From Eledone cirrhosa (taxonomy: Eukaryota): 64,000 nt of DNA. How positions within the stretch are numbered: position 1 is the stretch's first letter; every line of letters starts with the position of its first letter. Location of the stretch: assembly GCA_964016885.1 (NCBI GenBank), contig OZ024743.1:139562001-139626000 (forward strand), read 5' to 3'. Below, in pieces: positions 1 to 10,719 of the stretch. The notes beneath the pieces are model-generated. The model was not told the origin of the DNA. It saw only the letters and a list, made by a program, of their open reading frames with translations, and ran no database searches. A program made the position numbers and the translations under genes.

Positions 1-399
1 GGTTTTTGGTGCTTGGTGCTTGGTGTTTGTTGTTTGGTGCTTGCTGCTGGCTGCTTGGTGTTTGGTGCTTGGTGATTGGTGCTTGGTGTTTGGTGCTTGG
101 TGTTTGGTGTTTGGTGCTTGGTGATTGGTGTTTGTACTTGGTGCTTGGTGCTTGGTTCTTGGTGTTTGGTGCTTGGTGCTTGGTGTTTGGTGTTATATGC
201 TTGGTGTTTGATGCTTGGTGCTTGGTGCTTGGTGTTTGGTGTTTGGTGTTTGATGCTTGGTGCTTGGTGTTTGGTGCTTGGTGCTTGGTGTTTGTACTTG
301 GTGCTTGGTGCTTGGTGCTTGGTGTTTGGTGCTTGGTGCTTGGTGCTTGGTGCTTGGTCCTTGGTGCTTGGTGTTTGGTTGTTGGTGTTTGGTGCTTGG

Positions 400-2890
400 T
401 GTTAGGTGTTTGGTGCTTGGTGCTTGGTGTTTGGTGTTTGGTGCTTGGTGTTTGGTGTTTGGTGCTTGGTGTTTGGTGCTTGGTACTTGGTGCTTGGTGC
501 TTGGTGTTAGGTGTTTGGTGCTTGGTGTTTGGTGCTTGGTGTTTGGTGCTTGGTGCTTGGTGCTTGGTGCTTGGTGTTTGGTGGTTGGTGTTTGGTGCTT
601 GGTGTTTGGTGCTTGGTGTTAGGTGTTTGGTGCTTGGTGCTTGGTGTTTGGTGTTTGGTGCTTGGTGTTTGGTGTTTGGTGCTTGGTGTTTGGGGCTTTT
701 TGCTTGGTGCTTGGTGCTTGGTGTTTGGTGCTGGGTGCTTGGTGCTTGGTGTTTGGTGTTCTATGCTTGGTGTTTCATGCTTGGTGCTTGGTGCTTGGTG
801 TTTGGTGTTTGGTGCTTGGTGTTTGATGCTTGGTGCTTGGTGCTTGGTGTTTGGTGCTTGGTGCTTGGTGTTTGGTGCTTGGTGCTTGGTGTTTGGTGCT
901 TGGTGTTTGGTGCTTGGTGCTTGGTGTTTGGTGGTTGGTGCTTGGTGCTTGGTGTTAGGTGTTTGGTGCTTGGTGCTTGGTGTCTGGTTTTTGGTGCTTG
1001 GTGCTTGGTGTTTGGTGCTTGTTGCTGGCTGCTTGGTGTTTGGTGCTTGGTGATTGGTGCTTGGTGTTTGGTGCTTGGTGTTTGGTGTTTGGTGCTTGGT
1101 GTTTGTACTTGGTGTTTGGTGCTTGGTGTTTGGTGCTAGGTGCTTGGTGTTTGGTGCTTGGTGCTTGGTGTTTGGTGCCTGGTGCTTGGTGTTTGGTGTT
1201 TGGTGTTTGGTGCTTGGTGCTTGGTGTTTGGTGTTTGCTGTTTGCTGTTTGGTGTTTGTTGTTTGGTGTTTGTTGTTTGGTGTTTGCTGTTTGGTGTTTG
1301 GTGTTTGCTTTTTGGTGTTTGGTGTTTGATGTATGTTGTTTGCTGTTTGGTGTTTGGTGTTTGGTGTTTGGTGCTTGGTGCTTGGTGTTTGGTGCTTGGT
1401 GCTTGGTGTTTGGTGCCTGGTGCTTGGTGCATGGTGCTTGGTGTTTGGTGTTTGGTGCTTGGTGCTTGGAGTTTGGTGTTTGGTGCTTGGTGCTTGGTGT
1501 TTCGTGTTTCGTGTTTGGTTTTTGGTGCTTGGTGCTTGGTGCTTGGTCCTTGGTGTTTGGTGCTGGGTGCATTGTGTTTGGTGCTTGGCGCTTGGTGCTT
1601 GGTGCTTGGTGCTTGGTGTTTGGTGCTTGGTGCTTGGTGCTTGGTGCTTGGTCCTTGGTGCTTGGTGTTTGGTGGTTGGTGTTTGGTGCTTGGTGTTAGG
1701 TGTTTGGTGCTTGGTGGTTGGTGTTTGGTGTTTGGTGCTTGGTGTTTGGTGTTTGGTGCTTGGTGTTTGGTGCTTGGTTCTTGGTGCTTGGTACTTGGTG
1801 TTAGGTGTTTGGTGCTTGGTGTTTGGTGCTTGGTGTTTGGTGCTTGGTGCTTGGTGCTTGGTGCTTGGTGTTTGGTGCTTGGTGTTTGGTGCTTGGTGTT
1901 TGGTGCTTGGTGTTAGGTGTTTGGTGCTTGGTGCTTGGTGTTTGGTGTTTGGTGCTTGGTGTTTGGTGTTTGGTGCTTGGTGTTTGGGGCTTTTTGCTTG
2001 GTGCTTGGTGCTTGGTGTTTGGTGCTGGGTGCTTGGTGCTTGGTGTTTGGTGTTATATGCTTGGTGTTTGATGCTTGGTGCTTGGTGCTTGGTGTTTGGT
2101 GTTTGGTGCTTGGTGTTTGGTGCTTGGTGCTTGGTGCTTGGTGTTTGGTGCTTGGTGCTTGGTTTTTGGTGCTTGGTGCTTGGTGTTTGGTGCTTGGTGT
2201 TTGGTGCTTGGTGCTTGGTGTTTGGTGGTTGGTGCTTGGTGCTTGATGTTAGGTGTTTGGTGCTTGGTGCTTGTTGTCTGGTTTTTGGTGCTTGGTGCTT
2301 GGTGTTTGGTGCTTGTTGCTGGCTGCTTGGTGTTTGGTACTTGGTGATTGGTGCTTGGTGTTTGGTGCTTGGTGTTTGGTGTTTGGTGCTTGGTGTTTGT
2401 ACTTGGTGTTTGGTGCTTGGTGTTTGGTGCTAGGTGCTTGGTGTTTGGTGCTTGGTGCTTGGTGTTTGGTGCCTGGTGCTTGGTGTTTGGTGTTAGGTGT
2501 TTGGTGCTTGGTGCTTGGTGTTTGGTGTTTGCTGTTTGCTGTTTGGTGTTTGTTGTTTGGTGTTTGTTGTTTGGTGTTTGCTGTTTGGTGTTTGGTGTTT
2601 GCTTTTTGGTGTTTGGTGTTTGATGTATGTTGTTTGCTGTTTGGTGTTTGGTGTTTGGTGTTTGGTGCTTGGTGCTTGGTGTTTGGTGCTTGGTGCTTGG
2701 TGTTTGGTGCCTGGTGCTTGGTGTTTGGTGTTTGGTGCTTGGTGCTTGGAGTTTGGTGTTTGGTGCTTGGTGCTTGGTGTTTCGTGTTTCGTGTTTGGTG
2801 TTAGGTGCTTGGTGCTTGGTCCTTGGTGTTTGGTGCTGGGTGCATTGTGTTTGGTGCTTGGTGCTTGGTGCTTGGTGCTTGGTGTTTGGT
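400..2890 (+). repeat. Tandem higher-order repeat, period 1294 bp (boundaries approximate)
   Basis: ORF starts at offset 1294 (511/1805, 623/1917, 959/2253, 1054/2348, 1333/2627) and a shared variant order (ttggggc-ttttt, gtctggttttt, ctagg, gtttcgtgtttcg). 1294 = 185 monomers including one 6-bp TTGTAC. Confidence 0.88.
1221..1367 (+). repeat. Representative copy of a recurrent diverged block: 21 consecutive T-ending monomers (147 bp), many with the second G substituted
   Basis: Parsed monomer by monomer, 9 of 21 units are TTG[C/T/A]TGT-like. The core gtatgttg recurs 20 times between 1.3 and 45.7 kb. Confidence 0.85.
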
Positions 2891-3374
2891 GTTTGCTGCT
2901 TGGTGTTTGATGCTTGGTGCTTGGTGCTTGGTGTTTTGTGTTTGGTGCTTGGTGGTTGGTGCTTGGTGTTTGGTGCTTGGTGCTTGGTGCTTGGTGTTTT
3001 GTGTTTGGTGCTTGGTGCTTGGTGTTTGGTGCTTGGTGCTGGGTGGTTGGTGTTTGGTGCTTGGTGTTTGGTGCTGGGTGCTTGGTGTTTGGTGCTGGGT
3101 GCTTGGTGTTTGGTGTTTGGTGCTTGGTGTTTGGTGCTTGGTGCTGGGTGGTTGGTGTTTGGTGCTTGGTGTTTGGTGCTGGGTGCTTGGTGTTTGGTGC
3201 TGGGTGCTTGGTGTTTGGTGCTTGGTGCTTGATCTTTGGTGCTTGGTGTTTGGTGCTTGGTGCTTGGTGCTTGGTGTTTGGTGCTTGGTGCTTGGTGTTT
3301 GGTGCTTGGTGCTTGGTGTTTGTACTTGGTGCTTGGTGCTTGGTGTTTGGTTCTTGGTTCTTGGTGTTTGGTAC

Positions 3375-4980
3375 TTGGTGTTTGATGCATGGTGATTGGT
3401 GCTTGGTGTTTGGTGCTTGGTGTTTGGTGTTTGATGCTTGGTGCTTGGTGCTTGGTGTTTGGTGCTTGGTGCTTGGTGTTTGGTGCTTGGTGCTTGGTGT
3501 TTGGTGCTTGGTGTTTGGTGCTTGGTGTTTGGTGCTTGGTGCTTGGTGCTTGGTGCTTGGTGTTTGGTGGTTGGTGCTTGGTGCTTGGTGTTAGGTGTTT
3601 GGTGCTTGGTGCTTGGTGTTTGGTGTTTGGTGCTTGGTGTTTGGTGCTTGGTGCTTGGTGTTTGGTGCTTGGTGCTTGGTGTTTGGTGCTTGGTGCTTGG
3701 TGTTTGGTTCTTGGTGCTTGGTGCTTGGTGTTTGGTGTTTGGTGCTTGCTGCTGGCTGCTTGGTGTTTGATGCATGGTGATTGGTGCTTGGTGTTTGGTG
3801 CTTGGTGTTTGGTGTTTGATGCTTGGTGCTTGGTGCTTGGTGTTTGGTGCTTGGTGCTTGGTGTTTGGTGCTTGGTGCTTGGTGTTTGGTGCTTGGTGTT
3901 TGGTGCTTGGTGTTTGGTGCTTGGTGCTTGGTGCTTGGTGCTTGGTGTTTGGTGGTTGGTGCTTGGTGCTTGGTGTTAGTTGTTTGGTGCTTGGTGCTTG
4001 GTGTTTGGTGTTTTGTGCTTGGTGTTTGGTGTTTGGTGCTTGGTGTTAGGTGTTTGGTGCTTGGTGCTTGGTGTTTGGTGTTTGGTGCTTGGTGTTTGGT
4101 GTTTGGTGCTTGGTATTTGGTGCTTGGTACTTGGTGCTTGGTGCTTGGTGTTAGGTGTTTGGTGCTTGGTGTTTGGTGCTTGGTGTTTGGTGCTTGGTGC
4201 TTGGTGCTTGGTGCTTGGTGTTTGGTGGTTGGTGTTTGGTGCTTGGTGTTTGGTGCTTGGTGTTAGGTGTTTGGTGCTTGGTGCTTGGTGTTTGGTGTTT
4301 GGTGCTTGGTGTTTGGTGTTTGGTGCTTGGTGTTTGGTGCTTTTTGCTTGGTGCTTGGTGCTTGGTGTTTGGTGCTGGGTGCTTGGTGCTTGGTGTTTGG
4401 TGTTATATGCTTGGTGTTTGATGCTTGGTGCTTGGTGCTTGGTGTTTGGTGTTTGGTGCTTGGTGTTTGATGCTTGGTGCTTGGTGCTTGGTGTTTGGTG
4501 CTTGGTGCTTGGTGTTTGGTGCTTGGTGCTTGGTGTTTGGTGTTTGGTGCTTGGTGTTTGGTGTTTGGTGCTTGGTATTTGGTGCTTGGTACTTGGTGCT
4601 TGGTGCTTGGTGTTAGGTGTTTGGTGCTTGGTGTTTGGTGCTTGGTGTTTGGTGCTTGGTGCTTGGTGCTTGGTGCTTGGTGTTTGGTGGTTGGTGTTTG
4701 GTGCTTGGTGTTTGGTGCTTGGTGTTAGGTGTTTGGTGCTTGGTGCTTGGTGTTTGGTGTTTGGTGCTTGGTGTTTGGTGTTTGGTGCTTGGTGTTTGGT
4801 GCTTTTTGCTTGGTGCTTGGTGCTTGGTGTTTGGTGCTGGGTGCTTGGTGCTTGGTGTTTGGTGTTATATGCTTGGTGTTTGATGCTTGGTGCTTGGTGC
4901 TTGGTGTTTGGTGTTTGGTGCTTGGTGTTTGATGCTTGGTGCTTGGTGCTTGGTGTTTGGTGCTTGGTGCTTGGTGTTTT
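3375..4980 (+). repeat. Two small tandem duplications, periods 385 bp (55 monomers) and 462 bp (66 monomers); boundaries approximate
   Basis: gatgcatggtgattgg recurs with ORF starts 3389/3774 and 3438/3823. Identical ORFs at 4155/4617 and 4267/4729. Confidence 0.8.
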
Positions 4981-7900
4981 GTGCTTGGTGTTTGGTGCTT
5001 GGTGCTTGGTGCTTGGTGCTTGGTGTTTGGTGGTTGGTGCTTGGTGCTTGGTGTTAGGTGTTTGGTGCTTGGTGCTTGGTGTCTGGTTTTTGGTGCTTGG
5101 TGCTTGCTGTTTGGTGCTTGTTGCTGGCTGCTTGGTGTTTGGTGCTTGGTGATTGGTGCTTGGTGTTTGGTGCTTGGTGTTTGGTGTTTGGTGCTTGGTG
5201 TTTGTACTTGGTGTTTGGTGCTTGGTGTTTGGTGCTAGGTGCTTGGTGTTTGGTGCTTGGTGCTTGGTGTTTGGTGCCTGGTGCTTGGTGTTTGGTGTTT
5301 GGTGTTTGGTGCTTGGTGCTTGGTGTTTGGTGTTTGCTGTTTGCTGTTTGGTGTTTGTTGTTTGGTGTTTGTTGTTTGGTGTTTGCTGTTTGGTGTTTGG
5401 TGTTTGCTTTTTGGTGTTTGGTGTTTGATGTATGTTGTTTGCTGCTTGGTGCTTGGTGTTTGGTGTTTGGTGCTTGGTGTTTGGTGTTTGGTGCTTGGTG
5501 TTTGGTGCTTTTTGCTTGGTGCTTGGTGCTTGGTGTTTGGTGCTGGGTGCTTGGTGCTTGGTGTTTGGTGTTATATGCTTGGTGTTTGATGCTTGGTGCT
5601 TGGTGCTTGGTGTTTGGTGTTTGGTGCTTGGTGTTTGGTGCTGCGTGCTTGGTGCTTGGTGCTTGGTGCTTGGTGTTTTGTGTTTGGTGTTTGATGCTTG
5701 GTGTTTGGTGCTTGGTGCTTGGTGTTTGGTGCTTGGTGCTGGGTGGTTGGTGTTTGGTGCTTGGTGTTTGGTGCTGGGTGCTTGGTGTTTGGTGCTGGGT
5801 GCTTGCTGTTTGGTGCTTGGTGCTTGGTCTTTGGTGCTTGGTGTTTGGTGCTTGGTGCTTGGTGCTTGGTGTTTGGTGCTTGGTGCTTGGTGTTTGGTGC
5901 TTGGTGCTTGGTGTTTGGTTTTTGGTGCTTGGTGCTTGGTGTTTGGTGTTTGGTGCTTGCTGCTGGCTGCTTGGTGTTTGATGCATGGTGATTGGTGCTT
6001 GGTGTTTGGTGCTTGGTGTTTGGTGTTTGATGCTTGGTGCTTGGTGCTTGGTGTTTGGTGCTTGGTGCTTGGTGTTTGGTGCTTGGTGCTTGGTGTTTGG
6101 TGCTTGGTGTTTGGTGCTTGGTGTTTGGTGCTTGGTGCTTGGTGCTTGGTGCTTGGTGCTTGGTGTTTGGTGGTTGGTGCTTGGTGCTTGGTGTTAGGTG
6201 TTTGGTGCTTGGTGCTTGGTGTTTGGTGTTTGGTGCTTGGTGTTTGGTGTTTGGTGCTTGGTGTTTGGTGCTTGGTACTTGGTGCTTGGTGCTTGGTGTT
6301 AGGTGTTTGGTGCTTGGTGCTTGGTGTCTGGTTTTTGGTGCTTGGTGCTTGGTGTTTGTTGTTTGGTGCTTGCTGCTGGCTGCTTGGTGTTTGGTGCTTG
6401 GTGATTGGTGCTTGGTGTTTGGTGCTTGGTGTTTGGTGTTTGGTGCTTGGTGATTGGTGTTTGTACTTGGTGCTTGGTGCTTGGTTCTTGGTGTTTGGTG
6501 CTTGGTGCTTGGTGTTTGGTGTTATATGCTTGGTGTTTGATGCTTGGTGCTTGGTGCTTGGTGTTTGGTGTTTGGTGTTTGATGCTTGGTGCTTGGTGTT
6601 TGGTGCTTGGTGCTTGGTGTTTGTACTTGGTGCTTGGTGCTTGGTGCTTGGTGTTTGGTGCTTGGTGCTTGGTGCTTGGTGCTTGGTCCTTGGTGCTTGG
6701 TGTTTGGTTGTTGGTGTTTGGTGCTTGGTGTTAGGTGTTTGGTGCTTGGTGCTTGGTGTTTGGTGTTTGGTGCTTGGTGTTTGGTGTTTGGTGCTTGGTG
6801 TTTGGTGCTTGGTACTTGGTGCTTGGTGCTTGGTGTTAGGTGTTTGGTGCTTGGTGTTTGGTGCTTGGTGTTTGGTGCTTGGTGCTTGGTGCTTGGTGCT
6901 TGGTGTTTGGTGGTTGGTGTTTGGTGCTTGGTGTTTGGTGCTTGGTGTTAGGTGTTTGGTGCTTGGTGCTTGGTGTTTGGTGTTTGGTGCTTGGTGTTTG
7001 GTGTTTGGTGCTTGGTGTTTGGGGCTTTTTGCTTGGTGCTTGGTGCTTGGTGTTTGGTGCTGGGTGCTTGGTGCTTGGTGTTTGGTGTTCTATGCTTGGT
7101 GTTTCATGCTTGGTGCTTGGTGCTTGGTGTTTGGTGTTTGGTGCTTGGTGTTTGATGCTTGGTGCTTGGTGCTTGGTGTTTGGTGCTTGGTGCTTGGTGT
7201 TTGGTGCTTGGTGCTTGGTGTTTGGTGCTTGGTGTTTGGTGCTTGGTGCTTGGTGTTTGGTGGTTGGTGCTTGGTGCTTGGTGTTAGGTGTTTGGTGCTT
7301 GGTGCTTGGTGTCTGGTTTTTGGTGCTTGGTGCTTGGTGTTTGGTGCTTGTTGCTGGCTGCTTGGTGTTTGGTGCTTGGTGATTGGTGCTTGGTGTTTGG
7401 TGCTTGGTGTTTGGTGTTTGGTGCTTGGTGTTTGTACTTGGTGTTTGGTGCTTGGTGTTTGGTGCTAGGTGCTTGGTGTTTGGTGCTTGGTGCTTGGTGT
7501 TTGGTGCCTGGTGCTTGGTGTTTGGTGTTTGGTGTTTGGTGCTTGGTGCTTGGTGTTTGGTGTTTGCTGTTTGCTGTTTGGTGTTTGTTGTTTGGTGTTT
7601 GTTGTTTGGTGTTTGCTGTTTGGTGTTTGGTGTTTGCTTTTTGGTGTTTGGTGTTTGATGTATGTTGTTTGCTGTTTGGTGTTTGGTGTTTGGTGTTTGG
7701 TGCTTGGTGCTTGGTGTTTGGTGCTTGGTGCTTGGTGTTTGGTGCCTGGTGCTTGGTGCATGGTGCTTGGTGTTTGGTGTTTGGTGCTTGGTGCTTGGAG
7801 TTTGGTGTTTGGTGCTTGGTGCTTGGTGTTTCGTGTTTCGTGTTTGGTTTTTGGTGCTTGGTGCTTGGTGCTTGGTCCTTGGTGTTTGGTGCTGGGTGCA

Positions 7901-10719
7901 TTGTGTTTGGTGCTTGGCGCTTGGTGCTTGGTGCTTGGTGCTTGGTGTTTGGTGCTTGGTGCTTGGTGCTTGGTGCTTGGTCCTTGGTGCTTGGTGTTTG
8001 GTGGTTGGTGTTTGGTGCTTGGTGTTAGGTGTTTGGTGCTTGGTGGTTGGTGTTTGGTGTTTGGTGCTTGGTGTTTGGTGTTTGGTGCTTGGTGTTTGGT
8101 GCTTGGTTCTTGGTGCTTGGTACTTGGTGTTAGGTGTTTGGTGCTTGGTGTTTGGTGCTTGGTGTTTGGTGCTTGGTGCTTGGTGCTTGGTGCTTGGTGT
8201 TTGGTGCTTGGTGTTTGGTGCTTGGTGTTTGGTGCTTGGTGTTAGGTGTTTGGTGCTTGGTGCTTGGTGTTTGGTGTTTGGTGCTTGGTGTTTGGTGTTT
8301 GGTGCTTGGTGTTTGGGGCTTTTTGCTTGGTGCTTGGTGCTTGGTGTTTGGTGCTGGGTGCTTGGTGCTTGGTGTTTGGTGTTATATGCTTGGTGTTTGA
8401 TGCTTGGTGCTTGGTGCTTGGTGTTTGGTGTTTGGTGCTTGGTGTTTGGTGCTTGGTGCTTGGTGCTTGGTGTTTGGTGCTTGGTGCTTGGTTTTTGGTG
8501 CTTGGTGCTTGGTGTTTGGTGCTTGGTGTTTGGTGCTTGGTGCTTGGTGTTTGGTGGTTGGTGCTTGGTGCTTGATGTTAGGTGTTTGGTGCTTGGTGCT
8601 TGTTGTCTGGTTTTTGGTGCTTGGTGCTTGGTGTTTGGTGCTTGTTGCTGGCTGCTTGGTGTTTGGTACTTGGTGATTGGTGCTTGGTGTTTGGTGCTTG
8701 GTGTTTGGTGTTTGGTGCTTGGTGTTTGTACTTGGTGTTTGGTGCTTGGTGTTTGGTGCTAGGTGCTTGGTGTTTGGTGCTTGGTGCTTGGTGTTTGGTG
8801 CCTGGTGCTTGGTGTTTGGTGTTAGGTGTTTGGTGCTTGGTGCTTGGTGTTTGGTGTTTGCTGTTTGCTGTTTGGTGTTTGTTGTTTGGTGTTTGTTGTT
8901 TGGTGTTTGCTGTTTGGTGTTTGGTGTTTGCTTTTTGGTGTTTGGTGTTTGATGTATGTTGTTTGCTGTTTGGTGTTTGGTGTTTGGTGTTTGGTGCTTG
9001 GTGCTTGGTGTTTGGTGCTTGGTGCTTGGTGTTTGGTGCCTGGTGCTTGGTGTTTGGTGTTTGGTGCTTGGTGCTTGGAGTTTGGTGTTTGGTGCTTGGT
9101 GCTTGGTGTTTCGTGTTTCGTGTTTGGTGTTAGGTGCTTGGTGCTTGGTCCTTGGTGTTTGGTGCTGGGTGCATTGTGTTTGGTGCTTGGTGCTTGGTGC
9201 TTGGTGCTTGGTGTTTGGTGTTTGCTGCTTGGTGTTTGATGCTTGGTGCTTGGTGCTTGGTGTTTTGTGTTTGGTGCTTGGTGGTTGGTGCTTGGTGTTT
9301 GGTGCTTGGTGCTTGGTGCTTGGTGTTTTGTGTTTGGTGCTTGGTGCTTGGTGTTTGGTGCTTGGTGCTGGGTGGTTGGTGTTTGGTGCTTGGTGTTTGG
9401 TGCTGGGTGCTTGGTGTTTGGTGCTGGGTGCTTGGTGTTTGGTGTTTGGTGCTTGGTGTTTGGTGCTTGGTGCTGGGTGGTTGGTGTTTGGTGCTTGGTG
9501 TTTGGTGCTGGGTGCTTGGTGTTTGGTGCTGGGTGCTTGGTGTTTGGTGCTTGGTGCTTGATCTTTGGTGCTTGGTGTTTGGTGCTTGGTGCTTGGTGCT
9601 TGGTGTTTGGTGCTTGGTGCTTGGTGTTTGGTGCTTGGTGCTTGGTGTTTGGTTTTTGGTGCTTGGTGCTTGGTGTTTGGTGTTTGGTGCTTGCTGCTGG
9701 CTGCTTGGTGTTTGATGCATGGTGATTGGTGCTTGGTGTTTGGTGCTTGGTGTTTGGTGTTTGATGCTTGGTGCTTGGTGCTTGGTGTTTGGTGCTTGGT
9801 GCTTGGTGTTTGGTGCTTGGTGCTTGGTGTTTGGTGCTTGGTGTTTGGTGCTTGGTGTTTGGTGCTTGGTGCTTGGTGCTTGGTGCTTGGTGTTTGGTGG
9901 TTGGTGCTTGGTGCTTGTTGTTAGTTGTTTGGTGCTTGGTGCTTGGTGTTTGGTGTTTGGTGCTTGGTGTTTGGTGTTTGGTGCTTGGTGTTTGGTGCTT
10001 GGTACTTGGTGCTTGGTGCTTGGTGTTAGGTGTTTGGTGCTTGGTGCTTGGTGTCTGGTTTTTGGTGCTTGGTGCTTGGTGTTTGGTGTTTGGTGCTTGC
10101 TGCTGGCTGCTTGGTGTTTGGTGCTTGGTGATTGGTGCTTGGTGTTTGGTGCTTGGTGTTTGGTGTTTGGTGCTTGGTGATTGGTGTTTGTACTTGGTGC
10201 TTGGAGCTTGGTTCTTGGTGTTTGGTGCTTGGTGCTTGGTATTTGGTGTTATATGCTTGGTGTTTGATGCTTGGTGCTTGGTGCTTGGTGTTTGGTGTTT
10301 GGTGTTTGATGCTTGGTGCTTGGTGTTTGGTGCTTGGTGCTTGGTGTTTGTACTTGGTGCTTGGTGCTTGGTGCTTGGTGTTTGGTGCTTGGTGCTTGGT
10401 GCTTGGTGCTTGGTCCTTGGTGCTTGGTGTTTGGTGGTTGGTGTTTGGTGCTTGGTGTTAGGTGTTTGGTGCTTGGTGCTTGGTGTTTGGTGTTTGGTGC
10501 TTGGTGTTTGGTGTTTGGTGCTTGGTGTTTGGTGCTTGGTACTTGGTGCTTGGTGCTTGGTGTTAGGTGTTTGGTGCTTGGTGTTTGGTGCTTGGTGTTT
10601 GGTGCTTGGTGCTTGGTGCTTGGTGCTTGGTGTTTGGTGGTTGGTGTTTGGTGCTTGGTGTTTGGTGCTTGGTGTTAGGTGTTTGGTGCTTGGTGCTTGG
10701 TGTTTGGTGCTTGGTGCTT

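Larger units (their letters stand above)
1..9651 (+). repeat. Higher-order duplication, offset 6329 bp (1-3322 repeated at 6330-9651)
   Basis: Identical ORF translations at a constant offset (76/6405, 257/6586, 955/7284, 1333/7662, 2627/8956). Shared rare variants include gttctatgc...tttcatgc and ttgatct (3232/9561). Identity ends at 3323/9652. Confidence 0.93.

Noticed and set aside
402-406. TTAGG (arthropod telomere pentamer) occurrences throughout the array
   Set aside because: They are always single and arise from the TAGGTGT variant following a T-type monomer. They are never tandem.
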